The notes under the pieces are model-generated. The model made no database searches. It saw only the letters and a list, made by a program, of their open reading frames with translations, and was not told the origin of the DNA. From the NCBI GenBank assembly GCA_032718475.1, contig JAUCBJ010005397.1:1-60457 (forward strand): a DNA stretch of 60,457 nt, in the 5' to 3' direction. Source of the stretch: Nemertoderma westbladi (taxonomy: Eukaryota; Animalia; Xenacoelomorpha). The translations under genes were made by a program, and so were the position numbers. Positions 1 through 11,561 of the stretch are shown one piece after another (the first letter of the stretch is position 1; every line of letters starts with the position of its first letter).

Positions 1-436
1 CCGCTTTTCGTTCTGCTTCCGCCACTGCTGCCGCTTTTGCCGCTGCCGCTGCCGCTTTTGCCTCTGCCGCTGCCGCTTTTGCCTCTGCCGCTGCCGCTTT
101 TCTTTCTGCCTCTGCCACTGCTGCTATCTTTCTGTCTTCTATACGTTTTTTCCTTACTTGTTCTTCCTTTTCTCTAGCGATGCGGAGTTGTTCATCGAAT
201 TTAGCTTGGTTCGCCGCTAACCTATCCACATCAATCGCATCTAACACAAGTTTGGCTCCTTCGCTATTAGGGCTAAGTCCCTCTAGCCTTCTCCTCAACT
301 CTTCATCTCCTAAAAAACGTTGATAGTCTGACAGATAGATGTCAATGGCATCCCTCTTATGCGGTTTCTCTGCTGTCACTTCGCTCTCGGTTGTATCTAG
401 TAGACTGTCTGACAGATTCTGCTTTGCGTCAGACAT
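1..436 (-). CDS. gag: Gag N-terminal coiled-coil region of BEL-A (partial)
   Basis: ATG at 436-434 reads MSDAKQNLSDSLLDTTESEVTAEKPHKRDAIDIYLSDYQRFLGDEELRRRL...AAAAEAK, open to the window edge; near-identical to BEL-C ORF 38674. Confidence 0.85.
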   Translation of the reverse strand, partial: MSDAKQNLSDSLLDTTESEVTAEKPHKRDAIDIYLSDYQRFLGDEELRRRLEGLSPNSEGAKLVLDAIDVDRLAANQAKFDEQLRIAREKEEQVRKKRIEDRKIAAVAEAERKAAAAEAKAAAAEAKAAAAAAKAAAVAEAERKA

Positions 437-1789
437 GCTTATGTGTACAGTTGAATGTCTACTGCTGTATTACAGTCTGAGCAAGTCTAGTAACTCAGTA
501 TTAACTGCTAGCCTAGTAATTAATTACCGGTACTGCTACTCAGTGTAGCGTGATATATATAATATATTAGAATACCGGTATGCTTATAGTATATATAACT
601 ATTATTACAGACTAGGTTTATCACAGAATACCGGTATAATTTTAGCACAAATATATATAAAAATATAATAGGCCTATCGGAATACCGGTATACAGCTTAC
701 AGTTTGTAGTATATATAATTCTGAAATAGAATTAATTACACGTACCGGTATAATTTCAGCCTAGATTTATAGAAATAAAGATAATAGGCCTATCGTAAAT
801 ACCGGTATATCAATTATTTTAAAATAACTGAATTTCTGAACTTTAGGGTTACTTGGTTACTTTAACTTACTTTATTACCGTTATTTAAGCAGTAATCCAA
901 CTGATATTGAGACCTAATGGTTGTATGGTAGGCCTACTATTTATAAATCGTTAGATTTGATTTATAATATATATATACCCGTTTTAATGGGTTTTGTCTA
1001 TGTTTGAAATAAATGTTATTATTTCTGGGGAGTAATCACTACACAAAGCGGTGCGCTTTCAGTGAAGTGTTACGTATAGGACACTAAAACAAATAATTCT
1101 AATTTACCTAAGTTACTTAATACTACAAATTACGTACAATTCGGGTTGAGATTACAATCTCTAAATAAACACAAAAATTTACAAAACACAAATACGAATT
1201 TTTAGGGTATTTTTACAAGAAGTCTACAAACACCAGCCTAACAAAGGGTTAGAAAACCGGTTATTACAACGGACAGGGTACTACGGTATTTGAAATAATA
1301 AGTAGTAGTAAATACACTGCGTTGTCTAGATAGGAAAATACCACCGCCTGACGACCTATAGCCGTATCGCTATAGGTTCTACGTTATGTATCACGGAGTG
1401 TTCCTACCTAGAAGTTAATAGAGCTAATCGAATGTGCCTATCAACCACTTTACAACACAGATATAGTGTCTACAATAATTACTTCGGAAAGTACTGTACA
1501 CTAAACCCTAAATTAGGTACGAGTACTTGTATAACAGATAATCAGTAGTTAAATATACTTGAACAGCTAAAAGAACCACGGCATCTGCTGGAGTGACCGA
1601 TGCACAAAATCACCAGTCTTTACCTACGCCGAGCAGCCCGTGTAGTACCGGGGTTAATTTAACTATAGCGGTATGTATAACAAACACAATTACTGTAGGA
1701 ACAAACTTGGGGAATGAATGTTGCGGATAATCGCATAAACTCTGAATAATAAATATTACGCTACGCGTACAAACCACTCAAACAAAATA

Positions 1790-2330
1790 CAGACCGAACA
1801 CTGACAGACTACTATCAAGCCTAAACAAACTACGGTATATGCAGACTCCGAAATGATTAGGGAGTATGCGCTCTAACCCAGTAGTGCGACTTATTCTTTA
1901 GTTGGGGGTTTACCTTACAGCGTTCGCTGCCCCTACTGCCTAACCGTACTTAATCGGACAGATGATCTACACACACGGCAATCCGTTCAGACCTAATAAC
2001 AGCCAGACAACTATCCAGCCTACAAATTATCTAAGTAAAATTATACGCTACCCGTACAGACTTACACAAACAAAGTACAGACTAAACGATGGCAGACTAC
2101 TCTCAAGCCTAAATAAACTACAGGACATGCAGACTCCGAAATGATTAGGGAGTATGCGCTCTAACCCAGTAGTGCGACTTATTCTTTAGTTGGGGGTTTA
2201 CCTTACAGCGTTCGCTGCCCCTACTGCCTAATCGTACTTAATCGGACAGGTGATCTACACACACTGCAATTCGTTCGGACTTAACAGCAATCAGACAACA
2301 GCTCAGCCTACAAATCGTCTGTACAATCTG
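1790..2330. repeat. Tandem duplication (~288-bp period) in BEL-A 5' leader
   Basis: gcagactccgaaatgattagggagtatgcgctctaacccag...cccctactgcctaa at 1841 and 2129. Confidence 0.85.
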
Positions 2331-2644
2331 ATCAGGCTTACACGCCTTCTGTTCAATACTGGCCTACAAATAAATAAAACTTGACAGAAATAAGTAAAAT
2401 CTCAATAAAAAATCAGGGCGGCCGTTCCCTGATTAAGTACTAAGACCTACCGGTATACAACAATCAAATCGAATAATACTAGTGTACTTATACGGAAGTA
2501 CCGGTTAGGACAGCTAGGCCTACGGAATACAGAAGTACCGGTTCTAGCGGTTGGGCCTACTGACTACTGACCTACAGATGTACCGGTTCAGGTTTACCGG
2601 TTGACCGGTACTTTCAACTTTATTGCTTACTGCAACAAAGAAGC

Positions 2645-2656
2645 TATATCCTTTAA
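2645..2656 (-). promoter_or_regulatory. Non-tRNA PBS-position 12-mer of BEL-A (TTAAAGGATATA)
   Basis: Abuts the LTR 3' end, has no TGG, and is the exact complement of LTR-internal 3404-3415. Confidence 0.75.
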
Positions 2657-3856
2657 TGTTCGCGCTTTCAGACCTTTGGCAGTTTAACCCGCCAAATTAA
2701 GATGTCTTCTAGATATTAAATCGCTTTTTAGCCTATGACAAGTATTTGATTCACTACACTAGTCGAAACCAATCTGTGCGCGACCATTCACCCGCTGGAT
2801 ATTCCCGGGAGATTGGGTTCGACGGTTTAATTTTGTTGCTATGTAAGCCTAATGTATTATTCGACTGACAGTATTATATAATCTCTGACAATATTATTCA
2901 CCTTCGGGAATATTAACAGTTCCTTTAGGACGTGGCGCTTTATCTATAGAAACAGAGTTATGACTTAAACTACTCACAACGATATGGCTTAATTATAATT
3001 CACATATATGGCGCATTCTTTAGGAATTGCTTCTTTAACAGACTCGCTCATACGCAATGCTGCACAATACTGCACACTAATCTGCCAATCTTCACTGATT
3101 TTAATCACATATAAAAGGAACACAGACTGACTCATGTAGGGTCTACCAAATAACATTAGATTCACTTCAAACCACTTTAACATAAGTCACAATCGTTATT
3201 GGTAACCTTTCTCTCTTACCTTCGGTATATCAAGAATATTGGGTTTTTGGGGTTATTTCTCGTTATTCCAAATATAATAATTCATCAACCATATTATGAA
3301 GAACTGACAGTAAATAGCAGTATAACAATATAAAAGTATGCACAGTGTTACACAGTATGCAGTGTATGCAGTACCGCAGTATGCAGTGATTACGAAATTG
3401 CAGTTAAAGGATATATGTCCTTATAATTAAACCTACTAGTGTTGAGCTAAAAAGCAGAAAGCACAAAACACTAAAAAGCCGTTCTTTCGTGGCTTTGAAA
3501 AACTCGTGACTACTGCTCTGTACGAGGATACCAACTCCCTTATTCCACAAAGCTCCCGTTCAACACAGAGAAAGAGCAGTGAGATAGGAAATTTTCAGTT
3601 CAGCAGCTCTGTGATAGGTCAAAATCAAGGCTAACTCAAATTCTATTGGGAGATACAAAAACAAGGCTATGACGCAACCTCCCTAGGCTTGTTGGCCGAT
3701 TAAACAGAGCCCAGATGCCTGCGTACAGCAAATCAGCCAATAAGCTGGTAACTTGCACTATTTTTAGCTGTAGATCACTTTGAGAGTATTCTTAGCGACT
3801 GGGGGGGAACTGGCCAACAAGGCAAACGAATCAGTTATCCCACAAAAGCTTTTACA
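2657..3856 (-). repeat. 5' LTR of BEL-A (1200 bp, TG...CA)
   Basis: Minus strand starts TGTAAAAGCTTTTG and ends AAGCGCGAACA, matching the BEL-C LTR termini. Confidence 0.9.
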
Positions 3857-4145
3857 CAAAGCCAGCTGGTTTATAGGAATATAATAAACACAGTACTCGT
3901 TTTCATTATAAGCCTCGTTGCGTTCGTCCTGTTTTGTATTTAAATATATTTCTTAAACGCAGGCTAGGACGATCTTTATAATAATAATAACTAGGGATGC
4001 GATCAATATGTGAAGCCAGGTGGTTTATATAATAATTTAGTCAACGCAGTACTCGTCTTCATTATATGCCTCGTTGCGCTCGTCGCTTGTCCTGTTTTGT
4101 CATAAAATATTTTTCCTAAACGCAGACTGACGATCTTTATACAGT
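3857..4145. repeat. Dispersed repeat of ~150-bp subunits (same family as 5370-5650, 10100-10270, 51040-51160)
   Basis: Recurrent cagtactcgtcttcattataagcctcgttg...cctgttttgtatttaaatat...gacgatctttata blocks. Confidence 0.75.
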
Positions 4146-4917
4146 ATAACTATGCGAAGTTTCGAAACTGTGCGAGTAACTGTTGATACATCTATGTGGA
4201 GATGTGTGATATGTGGAGATGTGTGATACAACGCCAACGCATCGTATGCCGATGTAGTAATATGGGTATTGAAATAATATTAAATCAATGTACACTCTTA
4301 AAGCTGCAGCGAAAAAATGTAGCTAATTTCCTAGGTTACATATAAAATAATAATATTATTTTTAAGAACATTAATTTTACTACTTTGCAAAAATTCAATT
4401 AAAAAATAACCAGACATATATATACATTGTGGAATAAACTATTTCAGAAGCCTACAACAGCCATGCCATGGATAGTATTTATGTTATTATATCTGTCATT
4501 TACCTGAGATAGCAATACAACATTTATAGTAGAGTCAATAGGAATTGGAATACAGGAAGGATGTTGGGATGTTGGATTTAAAGAATGGTGTCTGGGCTGG
4601 AATAGCAATACTGGTTGCCTAATACTATTCCTCTCTGGTTAGTCTTAGCAACAACTCCCAGCCAGCTAGCTCCACACCAGCAGAGACTTGACCAATAATG
4701 GGAAGGATTAAATTTGTACTCAATAATTGTGCCGTTTAATTACGTTTAGATCAATTAAAGACACATTTATTAAAGCAAATCACTTGAACTAATTAAAAAC
4801 TATAATAGAATTGCGTATGTGGATTACATCTATATAATTTTTAAGTATAATTATTTAAATCATATAACTGTAAAACAATTAATTTCCTTTCAAAGGCAGG
4901 TTGAAAATGGTGTTTTT

Positions 4918-5853
4918 ACCGTAATCAACGTAATTAACTGCTATTATCTTAGCTTCTCGAAGGCCACACGGAAATTCAACTTGGAAAATTTCTAAACTTT
5001 TGCCAAACAACATGTGTACCAAGTTTGGATAGATTTCATCGAAGATTGGCCGAGTTATTAACGTTTAAAATTGAACAAGAACGACAGAAGAACGACACGT
5101 TCGTGGGGCCTTCGCGCAGCACGAGGCCCAGTTATGAGATACAAATTAAAATTGAGCGACTGTATCACAAAATCAGTATTTGAGAAATTTAACCACACCG
5201 CCAATCAATCACAGAAAGGGGGACAGTACGTGTTCAGCCCTTTTAATCTGCCCCCCCCCCCCCCCCCCCTTCCCACCAACCAATACATAACCGCGACATC
5301 TACCACCCACGGGCTGACGAGGCGGAAGGGTAGCACAAACTTATTTCCAATCGCACATTCAATATGCGAAGCCATGTGGTTTATAGGAATATAATAAACG
5401 CAGTACTCGTCTTCATTATAAGCCTCGTTGAGTTCGTCCTGTTTTGTATTTAAATATATTTCTTAAACGCAGGCTGACGATATTTATAATAATAATAACA
5501 AGGGATGCGTTCAATATGTGAAGCCAGGTGGTTTATATAATAATAATAGTCAACGCAGTACTCGTCTTCATTATAAGTCTCGTTGTGCTCGTCCTGTTTT
5601 GTATTTAAATATCTTTCCTAAACGAAGACTGACGATCTTTATAATGCGTTCAATAGGCGAAGCCAGGTATGGTTTTGGTTTATAGGAATATAGTCTATGG
5701 AGCACTCATTCCTCATGAGCCCGAGTTATAGTGTGGCAATGTAGATGCAGTAGTTGCACCCGACCAGCCGGGAAACTCGGAGCAATAGGCCTACTCCTTG
5801 TACAATGCGTGTCAATTTCAACACCGCCGGGCACTGGGTGATGGCAGAGTGAG
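4918..5853 (+). repeat. Interspersed non-coding repeat, copy 1 (possibly Helentron/DINE-like non-autonomous element)
   Basis: Near-identical to 9645-10446 and partly inverted at 49805-50110 and 51040-51411; contains a GGGCCT...AGGCCC hairpin (5106-5129) and a tgtaccaagttt motif. Family assignment is inference. Confidence 0.7.
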
Positions 5854-6732
5854 ATTAAAAAACCGGATTATTTCATCCTTGGTTACGGTTAGTCCAGTTC
5901 AGCAGTTTGCCCGTAGCGGCAGCGATACCGAAAGTCGAGCTCAACAGACAGAGGCTGCCTTGGTGGTGAGTTGTTTGATTTCAATTCCAACACTTTTCTG
6001 GGCAGCTGGGTAGACTCTGGTAGTGGGTACCTGATCTTAGAATGCCGGTCAGCTGGTTAGTCCGCATAACTTCCATTGTTGCAGTTGCCGAGTCAATGGA
6101 TGGTTGGTAGGGGTAGGCCTATTGCTATTGTTGTATTGGCAGATTGGTATGTACATCTACATCTGATTATACCAGTTGCCGTTGCCGTCGGTCGTACCAA
6201 TACATAGTCTTTAATTAATATATTTAACCGTTAACAAGAGTAGAAACCGCAAACGAAGAAATTCATTTTCTGCCGTAGTTCAGTACCGGTACCGTACCGG
6301 TAGTTCTGTAGTTGGCAGTTGCTACCAGTCCGGTTCTACAGTCTGACACTGACAGTAGTAGGGCGGTACGGCGCCAACGGACCCTCTAATCTAATTCAGG
6401 ACCGCAGTCCAGCACTCCGCCGGATTCCGCACTGCAGTGCATAGCATGGCAGCATGGCTAATTAGGGCCTACAGAATTAGGCCACAAGTCCCTAAAAGGT
6501 GCCACCCTGCTCCATAGCGCGGGAAATTCAAATGATTGAAAGACATGTAATTTGTACTGGAAAGGGTGGCAGATCAGATCTGCCACCTATATTTTGGCGG
6601 TAAATTCAAATCTGTTTTAACATTGAATATATGAATAGAGTAAGACTAATGTACGGTAATTCATTGAATCAGAATCAATTATTTCTTATCGGTTTAACTC
6701 ACTCATCCGTTATTGTTGTTGTTTTATCTATT

Positions 6733-7050
6733 CTGGGACTTCCAGCAGCACGTGAATAAATAAACCAGCACGTTAACTAATCTGGGGCTTCGAGCAGCAC
6801 GTGACCAACTAAGCTGACTGGTTAACTAGTCTGGGACTTCGAGCACCACGTGAACAACTAAGCTGACTGGTTAACTAGTCTGGGGGTTCGAGCACCACGT
6901 GAACAACTAAGCTGACTGGTTAACTAGTCCGGGACTTCGAGCAGCACGTGAACAACTAAGCTGACTGGTTAACTAGTCTGGGGGTTCGAGCAGCACGTGA
7001 ACAACTAAGCTGACTGGTTAAGTTAACTAAACTTGGACTTCGAGCAGCAC
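6733..7050. repeat. 49-bp minisatellite, ~6 copies, most with CACGTG
   Basis: Unit ctgggacttcgagcaccacgtgaacaactaagctgactggttaactagt at 6782, 6831, 6880, 6929, 6978 plus degenerate edge copies. Confidence 0.9.
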
Positions 7051-7253
7051 GAGACCCAGTGAATTGATATATTTTTGGCGGTTAAATGCTAATTACAGAA
7101 TTATAATATATTAATTACCATTACAAACTGTACACAGTGTGTGCTGCAGTATGTACGTGGGTACGTACTATAAGGTCAAGGAGCTAGAGCAGTAGACTTC
7201 ATACTGTAAATTTCTTACTATAATGGGGTAGTAGCTACTGCTACTGCATGTGC

Positions 7254-8397
7254 TGTTTGCGCTTTTAAGACCTTTGACAGTTTAACCTGCCAAATTAGGA
7301 TGTCTTTTAGATGATATATATTCTTTAGCTTATGACGAGTATTTGATACACTACATTAGCCGAAGCCAGTCTATGCGCAATCATTCACCCGTTGGATATA
7401 CCCGGGAGACTGAGTTCGGAGCTTAATGATTGATGGTGTAAGCCTACTGTATTATTCGACTGATCGTAATATATAATCTCTGACAAATATTATTCACTTT
7501 CGGGAAATATTAACAGTTCCTTTAGGACGTGGCGCTCTAAATATGTAAACAGAGTTATGACTTAAACTAGACACAACGAAAAGGCTATAGATTTACGTAT
7601 ATGGCACATTCTTTAGGAGATGCTTTGTTATCAATTACAATCATACACAATGCTGCACAATACTGCACACTAATCTGCCGACCTTCACTAAATTTGGTCA
7701 CGTATAAAGAGAGCAACATACAATTTATGTCGGGCATATGAAATAGCATTAGATTCACTTCAAACCACTTAACATAGGTCGCAATCGTTTATCTGTAACC
7801 GGTCTCTCTAACCTTTAGTATATCAAGAAGGTGGGGTATCTGACTATTGATCAGTATTCCGATATAATATTTCATCAACCAATATAATGAATAACCGACA
7901 GTAAAAGCAGTAAAGTTAAGGTATGATTCGGTTTGTTGAGTAAGTAAGTAGATAACAGATATACGTTCTATAATTAAGCCTACTAATGTAAAGCTAAAGA
8001 ATGCGGATATACGGAGGTGCCAAAAGCCGATGTTCTTAGGCTCTGGGCAAAAACATAACACTGAACTACTGAGTTTCTGTATCCAACTCCAACACAGAGT
8101 CAAAAAACGCTCTGATTGGTCAACCGAACAACGAGAGAACAAAGAAACAAAGAAATGTCGACGTGGCAATATCAGCTGTTAGCCGTCGTCATGGTAGCGA
8201 CACTGTTTTCAAGAGTATCTAGCTTATCGCGTCACGAGATTGCGGATTATGTCCTCTAAAGTACAAATACAGAAGAAATGACTTTTATGTCCTCTAAAAC
8301 ACCAGTACAGTAAGGACACGGCCTTTTTATGCCTGGTAAACCAACTACAGAGTACTTTAAGGGAAAATAACCGGTTAATTACGCAAAAGCTTTTACA
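7254..8397 (-). mobile_element. Solo LTR of the BEL-C/BEL-A family
   Basis: Minus strand TGTAAAAGCTTTTGCG...GCGCAAACA, collinear with 30900-32071; 5-bp TSD tgtgc at 7249-7253 and 8398-8402. Confidence 0.92.
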
Positions 8398-9644
8398 TGT
8401 GCAGTAGGCCTACAGACATTTTATCTTATTTAGGTCCACTAAGAAATATTGCGTAGTGTAATTCATAAGAAATATATACAGCTGTACAGCAGAGAATTGA
8501 TAGTAAAATATATCGCAGGTAGGCCTACTGTAATAACAATAGGCGTATAATGCCTCTGCCTATACTGCTATATTTTGTCTATGACATATAATATGATAAA
8601 ATATTATTATGAATGAACATTCTTATTCTTAGTAACTCGTGACAAAATACAATGCGCTTCAGAAACTGTAATCCTAAATGCGGAACTTAAACCGAAACAG
8701 GGAATAGTCTGATAGTAGAATGTGGACTTTGTAGTGACACATTTGGCAGTCAGTGCGATATAATTTCTCATGTACAAGCAAATCACGGTATTGCATGTTC
8801 AGTACAAACGGTAATTCGGTTATTCAACAATTAACAAACGGTTATTCAACATCCATTTTTAGTTATTAGCGTGACGGTAATACAAATTACGCAAAGTGAA
8901 CCTATACTACATTCACAATTTTCTATTCATTCACTAAATATAACAAAAATTGAACGTTCATTTAATCCATGGTACGTTCAGTGAACTATATTTGCTACCT
9001 GGGTTACTCTATTCATTCATATATTCAATGTTAAAACAGATTTGAATTTACCGCCAAAATATAGGTGGCAGATCTGATCTGCCACCCTTTCCAGTACAAA
9101 TTGCATGTCTTTCAATAATTTGAATTTCCCGCGCTATGGAGCAGGGTGGCACCTTTTAGGGACTTGTGAATTAGGCCTGTCCTGTCAGCCTGTAGGCTAC
9201 CAGTATACGTGATCTATAATCACTGCACAGGTACCGCGGTACCAGTCAGCCAGTACCGTAAAACACCGAATACAGTATGGTATTGCAGTATTGCTGTATT
9301 GTCTAATTGCAGGATTCCTAATTCAGGGATTGACATTGAGTATAGTACCGCTACAGGCAGACAGGCCACAATTGTATTACTGCAGTACTGTAATTTCGTA
9401 ATTTGCTAGAAACCCAGCTGATTTAGTCTCCTAGCAACCTGCTGATGTCAAGCGTTATAATTTTGGATAAATAATTTATTATAACTGTAAGACAGTTACA
9501 CTGGTGCTGCACGAAGGCCCCAAGCAAATTCAACTTGGAAAATTTCTAAACTTTTGACAGACTATTTGTGTACCAAGTTTGGTTACATTTCATCGAGGAT
9601 TGATCGAGTTATTAACGTTCAAATTTGAACACCGCAAAAAAATA

Positions 9645-10446
9645 CCGTAATCAACTTAATTAACTAATTAACTGCTATTATCTTAGCTTCTCGAAGGCCA
9701 CACGGAAATTCAACTTGGAAAATTTCTAAACTTTTGCCAAACAACATGTGTACCAAGTTTGGATAGATTTCATCGAAGATTGGCCGAGTTATTAACGTTT
9801 AAAATTGAACAAGAACGACAGAACGACACGTTCGTGGGGCCTTCGCGCAGCACGAGGCCCAGTTATGAGATACAAATTAAAATTGAGCGACTGTATCACA
9901 AAATCAGTATTTGAGAAATTTAACCACACCGCCAATCAATCAAAGAAAGGGGGACAGTACGTGTCCAGCCCTTTTAATCTGCCCCCCCCCCCCCCCCTTC
10001 CCACCAACCAATACATATCCGCGACATCTACCACCCACGGGCTGACGGGGCGGAAGGGTAGCACAAACTTATTTCCAATCGCACATTCAATATGCGAAGC
10101 CATGTGGTTTATAGGAATATAATAAACGCGACGAACTCGAAAAGGACGAACTCAACGAGGCTTATAATGAAGACGAGTTCTTCATTATAAGCCTCGTTGA
10201 GTTCGTCCTGTTTTGTATTTAAAAATCTTTCCTAAACGAAGACTGACGATCTTTATAATGCGTTCAATAGGCGAAGCCAGGTATGGTTTTGGTTTGTAGG
10301 AATATAGTCTACGCAGCATTCATTCCTCATGAGCCCGAGTTATAGTGTGGCAATGTAGATGCAGTAGTTGCACCCGACCAGCCGGAAACTCGGAGCAATA
10401 GGCCTACTGCTTGTACAATGCCGGGCACTGGGTGATGGCAGAGTGA
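9645..10446 (+). repeat. Interspersed non-coding repeat, copy 2
   Basis: Near-identical to 4918-5853; the 105-aa and 107-aa ORFs are the same repeat sequence. Confidence 0.8.
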
Positions 10447-11394
10447 ACACCGCAAAAAAAGCGACAGAACGACAGGTTGATTAATGGTACCCCTACGCTA
10501 AGGCTCACTCACTTCGTGGCTCGCCCCACAGACACACCGATTGAGTTAGTGGTACCTGTATGCTAAGCTCGCTTACTTTCGTCGCTCGCCCCACAGGGAT
10601 TTAGGACAATTAATATATCGTTTTAATTACTTTAATCTTTCCTTTTGGTGGATTTTGCAAATTCAATTGGACTTAAATACTTACTTAATTACGAAATATC
10701 GCCTCTATCCTTTCAATTCTACTGTTATTTTCCGAGTTTATTTTTTGCATGGTCTCGTTTATGACTATTTTCTAGTTTTGCTTCTAATTTCAGTGCTATT
10801 TCGTTGGCGGGATTTTTAAACATTTGCAGCACTTATAATCTGTTGTTCTGTTGTGTACTTAAATTAAAGCCTGACGACGGTCTACCAAAAAGTGTCCGAA
10901 ATATAGCAAAACCTATTTTTCTCCCCATACATTGTTCCGTTTAAACACTTACGAAAATAAAATCAACCATGGATGTTAGACCTTTTAAATCTCTATGGTT
11001 AGTATAATAATAAATCTTCTAGAATACTATGAATAATAATTATAACTAAACCTACAAGACAGGGTAGATTATCGCCAACTGAACAAATAGTGGCGCAGAT
11101 TGACAGCAATTGAAATAAGTGATCTCCAGCAAAATTTGGTCGCAAAAAATTACAGAATCACTAGAGGGAGCCTCGCGGCTCCGCAGCCCATTAGAACAGG
11201 CCATACAGTAATGTTGATAGTTAACGTCTGTTTACAGTGTCAATTAAAATGCACATCGCACACATCTCCAACCAGCAACCGGACACTATATACTACTACT
11301 CGGCATGCTGCATTGCAGCTGCATTATATATATATTACATAAATTAAGAGTGCTGTGTTGACTTGACGACAAAATTGCTCCGCCACAACTCCCT

Positions 11395-11561
11395 ATCACC
11401 CATGCATTTGTCCTTGACCAGTGTCCTTTAAGATGCGTCTCAAGAAAGTCATGGGCTGTCCACCTTGCTTATTCGCTTATTCGCTCCATGAGGGCGCCAA
11501 AGCGCAAGATTATGCACTGGCTGATCCTCACGGCGAAAGCAATGTCCTGCAAAGCGGAAGC
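11395..11561 (-). pseudogene. RTE-like LINE ORF2 3' fragment (left half of the BEL-B target site)
   Basis: Reads RFAGHCFRREDQPVHNLALW; joins in frame to 26552+ (…TLERDRFRFAGH) when BEL-B and one TSD are removed, matching the paralogue at 27096 (TLERSRIRFAGH). Confidence 0.75.

Larger units (their letters stand above)
1..3856 (-). mobile_element. BEL/Pao LTR retrotransposon BEL-A, 5' portion (5' LTR, long leader, start of gag); continues beyond window start
   Basis: Reverse complement is collinear with BEL-C 30900-34550 and 38674-39100 (LTR, ~2.2-kb leader, gag N-terminus MSD.KQNLSDSLLDTT). Confidence 0.9.
6483..9168. mobile_element. Non-autonomous TIR DNA transposon (~160-bp TIRs, 8-bp TSD; hAT/P-type TSD length)
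   Basis: CACAAGTCCCTAAAAGGTGCCACC... at 6483 is inverted at ~9005-9168; TSD aattaggc at 6475-6482 and 9169-9176; no transposase ORF. Confidence 0.88.

Noticed and set aside
3422-3433. GGTTTAATTA (minus) resembling the nematode SL1 5' end next to the 12-mer
   Set aside because: Only 10 AT-rich nt, and the homologous BEL-C site is GGCTTAATTA; chance.
5071-5394. 107-aa and 105-aa (9805-10122) ORFs as duplicated genes
   Set aside because: Non-ATG starts, poly-Pro comes from a poly-C tract, and both lie in an interspersed repeat.
6733-7050. CRISPR-like array
   Set aside because: Units are contiguous tandem copies without unique spacers; eukaryotic context, no cas genes.
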